DNA from: Thermodesulfobacteriota bacterium
GTDB taxonomy: Bacteria > Desulfobacterota_D > UBA1144
Length of the DNA stretch: 64,000 nt
Direction of reading: 5' to 3'
Assembly: GCA_036340075.1 (NCBI GenBank)
Contig: JAYYZJ010000012.1
Location: 6,516 to 70,515 of the forward strand
The stretch's first letter is position 1. The number at the start of each line of letters is the position of its first letter. The notes below the pieces were generated by a model that saw only the letters and a program-made list of their open reading frames with translations, ran no database searches and was not told where the DNA came from. The position numbers and the translations under genes were made by a program. Positions 59,949-64,000 of this stretch are shown piece by piece.

Positions 59949-61513
59949 TGCTTAAAGTGACGAACACCAACAAAAATCATGGCAATATCATTTTCATTGG
60001 CTGCTTCTATTACTTCATCATCTCTGATTGAGCCACCCGGTTGAACTATAGCTGTAATTCCTGCCTTTGCAGCTTCATCTATTCCATCTCTGAAAGGGAA
60101 AAAAGCATCAGAAGCCATAACAGAATCTTTTGTTCCGTAGTAATCTTTAGCTTTAATTGTAGCTAATTGCACAGAATTAACTCTATTCATTTGTCCAGCA
60201 CCAATCCCAACTGTTTTGTTTTCTCTTGCAAAAACTATTGCATTCGACTTTACGTTCTTGCAAACTTTCCACGCTAACAATAATGTTTTAATCTCGTCCT
60301 CGGAAGGCGCTCTTTTTGTTGCTACCTTATAATCCACAAAGTCTTCTTCTGAAGTATTGTCAGCGTCTTGATAAAGAACCCCGCCTACAACCTTTTTTAT
60401 ATCCATTGATTTTTTAGCATCTTGCTTTATTGGTGGACTTTTAAGAACTCTAAGGTTCTTCTTTGATTTCAGAATTTCAAGTGCATCCTCTGAATAGTCA
60501 GGGGCAATTAATACTTCAATAAAAGTATTTGTTATTTCTTTGGCTACCTCTTTATCTACAGTATTGTTAAATGCAACAATCCCACCAAATGCACTTACAG
60601 GATCGCAGTCTCTAGCATCAATATATGCTTGTAATGTATTTTTATGTTCCGCAACTCCACAAGGATTGTTGTGTTTAACTATTACGCAAGCATTAGAGTT
60701 GAATTCTTTTACAGTTTCAAAACAGGAATCAGCATCATAAATATTATTTAAGGATAATTCTTTACCTTGAAGCTGAACAGAGTTGGCAACACATGCTTCT
60801 GATATATTATCTTGAACAAAGAAAGATCCATCTTGATGAGGGTTCTCTCCATAACGTAAATCGTATGATTTTTGATAATGTAGTGTTAGGGTATCAGGCA
60901 TTTTATTTTTAGAATTATCTAGATTTAATTTACCCAAGTGATTAGATATTGCGGCATCATATTTAGTTACATAAGCAAACGCCTTCTTTGCAAATTCATA
61001 ATTTGTTTCTTTGTTGACATCAAGATTGTTTTTAGATATTTCTTTAATCACGGATTCATAATCTGAAGGATCAACAATTACCGTCACATCTTGAAAGTTC
61101 TTTGATGCAGCCCTAACTATTGTGGGCCCCCCAATATCTATATTTTCTATAACCTCTTGAAAGCCAACATCTTCATTCTCTATAGTTTTTTCGAACGGAT
61201 AAAAATTAACAATGACTAAATCAATAGGCTTTACAGATTCACTTTCAAGATCAATTTTATGCTGAGGATTTTCTCTAATAGCTAGAATTCCAGCATGAAT
61301 TTTTGGATGAAGAGTTTTAACTCTCCCATCTAACATTTCAGGAAATCCAGTTATATCAGAGACATCTTTTACTTCAATACCTTTTTCCCTGAGGAATTTT
61401 GCTGTTCCACCGCTTGATATTATCTCTACTCCTCTATCAGAAAGCTCCTTAGCTATGATGTCGAGGTTAGATTTGTCCCAAACGCTGATTAATGCAGTTT
61501 TAATGATGCTCAT
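59945..61513 (-). CDS. purH: Bifunctional AICAR transformylase/IMP cyclohydrolase
   Basis: ALISVWDK, GRVKTLHP, LRYGENPHQ, KHNNPCG, ASDAFFPF, RHFKH. Confidence 0.98.
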   Translation of the reverse strand: MSIIKTALISVWDKSNLDIIAKELSDRGVEIISSGGTAKFLREKGIEVKDVSDITGFPEMLDGRVKTLHPKIHAGILAIRENPQHKIDLESESVKPIDLVIVNFYPFEKTIENEDVGFQEVIENIDIGGPTIVRAASKNFQDVTVIVDPSDYESVIKEISKNNLDVNKETNYEFAKKAFAYVTKYDAAISNHLGKLNLDNSKNKMPDTLTLHYQKSYDLRYGENPHQDGSFFVQDNISEACVANSVQLQGKELSLNNIYDADSCFETVKEFNSNACVIVKHNNPCGVAEHKNTLQAYIDARDCDPVSAFGGIVAFNNTVDKEVAKEITNTFIEVLIAPDYSEDALEILKSKKNLRVLKSPPIKQDAKKSMDIKKVVGGVLYQDADNTSEEDFVDYKVATKRAPSEDEIKTLLLAWKVCKNVKSNAIVFARENKTVGIGAGQMNRVNSVQLATIKAKDYYGTKDSVMASDAFFPFRDGIDEAAKAGITAIVQPGGSIRDDEVIEAANENDIAMIFVGVRHFKH

Positions 61514-61571
61514 AGGATATGTATATTCTAATAGAAATTAGCAATATTTAAAGACCATGAGAAATGTTCTT

Positions 61572-61594
61572 TGTTATAATTAAGATACCGAGGT
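61572..61594 (+). promoter_or_regulatory. Extended -10 (TG-T-TATAAT) and SD of murQ
   Basis: TGTTATAAT 61572-61580; GAGGT 61590-61594. Confidence 0.6.
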
Positions 61595-61598
61595 AAAA

Positions 61599-62477
61599 AT
61601 GAAAGATGTTTTTTCTAACCTTTCGACTGAGAAAAGAAAAAAGGAATTAAAGACCGACAATAAGACATTTGCCGAATTAGTTGATTCCTTTGTTGAAGAA
61701 GAAAGAACAATTAACACTGTTCTAAAAGCTAATTCAAAAAAGATTGCTCAAGCTTCAGAGGTTTTTTTCGATGTATTTACAAAAGGAGGAAGAATATTTT
61801 TTATTGGTGCAGGTACAAGTGGTAGGTTGGGAATACTTGAAGCTGCAGAATGCCCGCCAACATTTGGAACCTCACCGAAACAAATTCAAGGTATTATCGC
61901 AGGAGGCAATAGGGCTATCTTAAAGGCTGTTGAAGGAGCGGAAGACTCTACGTCATCTTCAAAGAAAGATTTAATGGCTAAAAAAATATCTCATAATGAT
62001 CTTTTAATTGGTATTTCTGCCAGCGGGAAAACAAAATATGTTCTTTCAGGTATAAGTTATGCAAAAAAAGTTAAATCCCAAACAATATTTATAACTTGTA
62101 ATAAACAAACAAAGAAAATATCTAATATTGATATTGTCCTTAATGTGGGACCAGAAATTGTATCAGGATCAACAAGACTAAAATCTGGGACAATTACAAA
62201 AAATGTTTTAAATATTATTTCAACTGCAGCAATGATAAAAGCAGAAAAAATATTTATGAACTTAATGATAGATATAAAGCCAATAACTGAAAAACTTAAA
62301 GCAAGAGCAATCAGGAATATCTCTATAATACTTAATATAAGTAGGACAGAAGCAATCAAATTATTAAAAAGAAGCAAGTGGAACATAAGAGTAGGTATCT
62401 TTATGCATAAGAAGAAACTAAATTTTAAGGAGGCAGAACTTCTATCTAAGACTAAACCAATAAAGGAATTATTTTGA
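61599..62477 (+). CDS. murQ: N-acetylmuramic acid 6-phosphate etherase
   Basis: GAGTSGRLG, ECPPTFG, EGAED, GPEIVSGSTRLKSGT. Confidence 0.96.
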   Translation: MKDVFSNLSTEKRKKELKTDNKTFAELVDSFVEEERTINTVLKANSKKIAQASEVFFDVFTKGGRIFFIGAGTSGRLGILEAAECPPTFGTSPKQIQGIIAGGNRAILKAVEGAEDSTSSSKKDLMAKKISHNDLLIGISASGKTKYVLSGISYAKKVKSQTIFITCNKQTKKISNIDIVLNVGPEIVSGSTRLKSGTITKNVLNIISTAAMIKAEKIFMNLMIDIKPITEKLKARAIRNISIILNISRTEAIKLLKRSKWNIRVGIFMHKKKLNFKEAELLSKTKPIKELF

Positions 62478-62498
62478 AGATAGAAAATTAATATTTAT

Positions 62499-63614
62499 AT
62501 GAAAATAATTGGAGTTAATTCAGGGACATCAGCCGATGCACTCGATATCTGTCTTGCTGAATTTAATAATGAATCTATAAAACTTTTATATGCTAGCACA
62601 TTCAAATACCCAACAGTCCTTAGACAAGAAATTCTCAACTCAGGTCCAAACTCAAAAATATATGATATTGAAAGTTTAAATTTAAAATTAGGTGATTTCG
62701 TATCAAAAAAAATAAACTTTTTTTTAAAAAAGAATGATTTGTTAAGTAAGCACATAGATGCAATTGGTTTACATGGCCAAACAATACACCATTCTCAAGA
62801 TTTAAATAGAACCGTATCTGTTCAAATAACTGAAGCAGACTTAGTAGCTCAATCAACAGGGATATTAACTATTTTTGATTTCAGAAAAAAAGATATAGTA
62901 GCAGGTGGCACTGGTGCTCCACTTATTCCAATTTTAGATTATTATCTCTTTCCAAAAATCGAAAAACCTTTTATTTGTCAAAACTTAGGAGGAATTGCAA
63001 ATGCTACTTTAGTAGAGAGTACTCTGTCCCGTTGTATAGGATATGATTCTGGGCCAGCTAATACATTGATAGACAAGGCAATTCAATTAAGAACAAAAGG
63101 CACCACCTTTTATGATCAAAACGGAGCAATGGCAAGTAAAGGAAATGTGAACAATGAATTATTAAAAAAAATTCTCTCACACCCATATTTTAGGATTCTT
63201 CCACCTAAATCAACAGGAAATAGAGAATTTGGGATAGAATATGCTAACAATTTATATAAATATTCATTAAAAAAGAAAATTAAATTTAATGATTTGTTAG
63301 CAACACTATCGATGGTTACAGTGGAATCTATAGCAAGCTCATATGAAAATTTCATTTTTCCTATTTCATCCCCTAAATTAGTTATCATGTCCGGAGGAGG
63401 AGTTAAAAACAGATTCATTGTTTCTCAGCTTAAGAAAAGACTACCTCAACTTGAATTTTCTATATCTGACAATCTAAAGGTTCCAGCCAAATATAAAGAG
63501 TCAATATTATTTGCTCTTCTTGCTTTTTTAAGATTAAAAAATAAAAGATTGAATCTTAAAAATTTAACTGGCTCCAAAGAGCTAATACTTTTGGGTAAAA
63601 TCGCTAAACCATAG
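62499..63614 (+). CDS. anmK: Anhydro-N-acetylmuramic acid kinase
   Basis: SGTSADALD, HGQTIHH, GGTGAPL, NLGGIAN, DSGPAN, PKSTG. Confidence 0.95.
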   Translation: MKIIGVNSGTSADALDICLAEFNNESIKLLYASTFKYPTVLRQEILNSGPNSKIYDIESLNLKLGDFVSKKINFFLKKNDLLSKHIDAIGLHGQTIHHSQDLNRTVSVQITEADLVAQSTGILTIFDFRKKDIVAGGTGAPLIPILDYYLFPKIEKPFICQNLGGIANATLVESTLSRCIGYDSGPANTLIDKAIQLRTKGTTFYDQNGAMASKGNVNNELLKKILSHPYFRILPPKSTGNREFGIEYANNLYKYSLKKKIKFNDLLATLSMVTVESIASSYENFIFPISSPKLVIMSGGGVKNRFIVSQLKKRLPQLEFSISDNLKVPAKYKESILFALLAFLRLKNKRLNLKNLTGSKELILLGKIAKP

Positions 63615-63618
63615 AACC

Positions 63619-64000
63619 ATGAAAAATTTATCAAATTTAATAGTGCCAAGAATAAATGTAAATTCGGATTCCTCTATTAATGAAACTATAGGTTTAATTC
63701 AGGAATTTGATTTTAATGCTTTTATTCTTTTTGCAACTGAAAAGGTAGTATTCAAAGAAGAGTCAAAATTTTCTCTAGAAAGACTTAATTATACTAGGGA
63801 ACAATTAGAAAAAAATTCTGATAAAGATATCTTGTTTTTTATTGACGCTGAAAATGGACTAGGACATAGATGTAGTGATTATAATGAATTACCAAGAATG
63901 GAGTTCAATGAGATTAATTTAGAATTATATGAAAACCAAATATCTTTTAATTTAGCTCCAGTGGTTGATATAAACGAATTTCGAGAAAAGATCTTGGAAG
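63619..64000 (+). CDS. GH3 glycosidase (NagZ-like), 3'-truncated by the window edge
   Basis: Manual translation shows ILF, IDAENGLGHR and FNLAPVVDIN; follows murQ-anmK. Confidence 0.75.
   Translation, partial: MKNLSNLIVPRINVNSDSSINETIGLIQEFDFNAFILFATEKVVFKEESKFSLERLNYTREQLEKNSDKDILFFIDAENGLGHRCSDYNELPRMEFNEINLELYENQISFNLAPVVDINEFREKILE

Overview
Gene-dense, AT-rich (roughly 30-33% GC by eye) window of a diderm bacterial chromosome, almost all housekeeping. Order: ilvB (5'-truncated), a hypothetical gene, rpmH-rnpA-yidD-yidC-jag, trpE-trpG-tadA, PMM/PGM, groES-groEL, uvrD/pcrA plus a DUF2103-like gene, dnaE, ftsY-ribD-nadD-rsfS, a dcw cluster (mraZ to ftsZ, no ddl), an MBL hydrolase, murJ-aroQ-recJ, an OM protein, trkA-trkH-ribF-aroE-thrC-thiE, a deoxyhypusine-synthase-like gene divergent from an aminotransferase, an M48 peptidase, a PiT-like transporter / Cys-repeat peptide / OprO-P-like porin module, a micro-lipoprotein, an FAD oxidase, a probable major OM protein, TolC, purH and murQ-anmK-GH3 (3'-truncated). 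Gene style and compaction suggest a streamlined, deltaproteobacteria-related lineage such as marine Dadabacteria (inference only). I saw no rRNA, tRNA, CRISPR, IS or prophage. The best signals are non-coding: (1) two NrdR-box-like palindromes with canonical 31-bp spacing directly upstream of ftsZ, suggesting nucleotide-pool control of cell division; (2) many SD-less genes with a -10 box 6-8 nt before the start codon (leaderless mRNAs); (3) murJ apparently starting at ATT/ATA; (4) a rod-like structured element and an 11-bp direct repeat before the major OM protein gene. All calls come from reading the sequence and recalling motifs; no searches were run.
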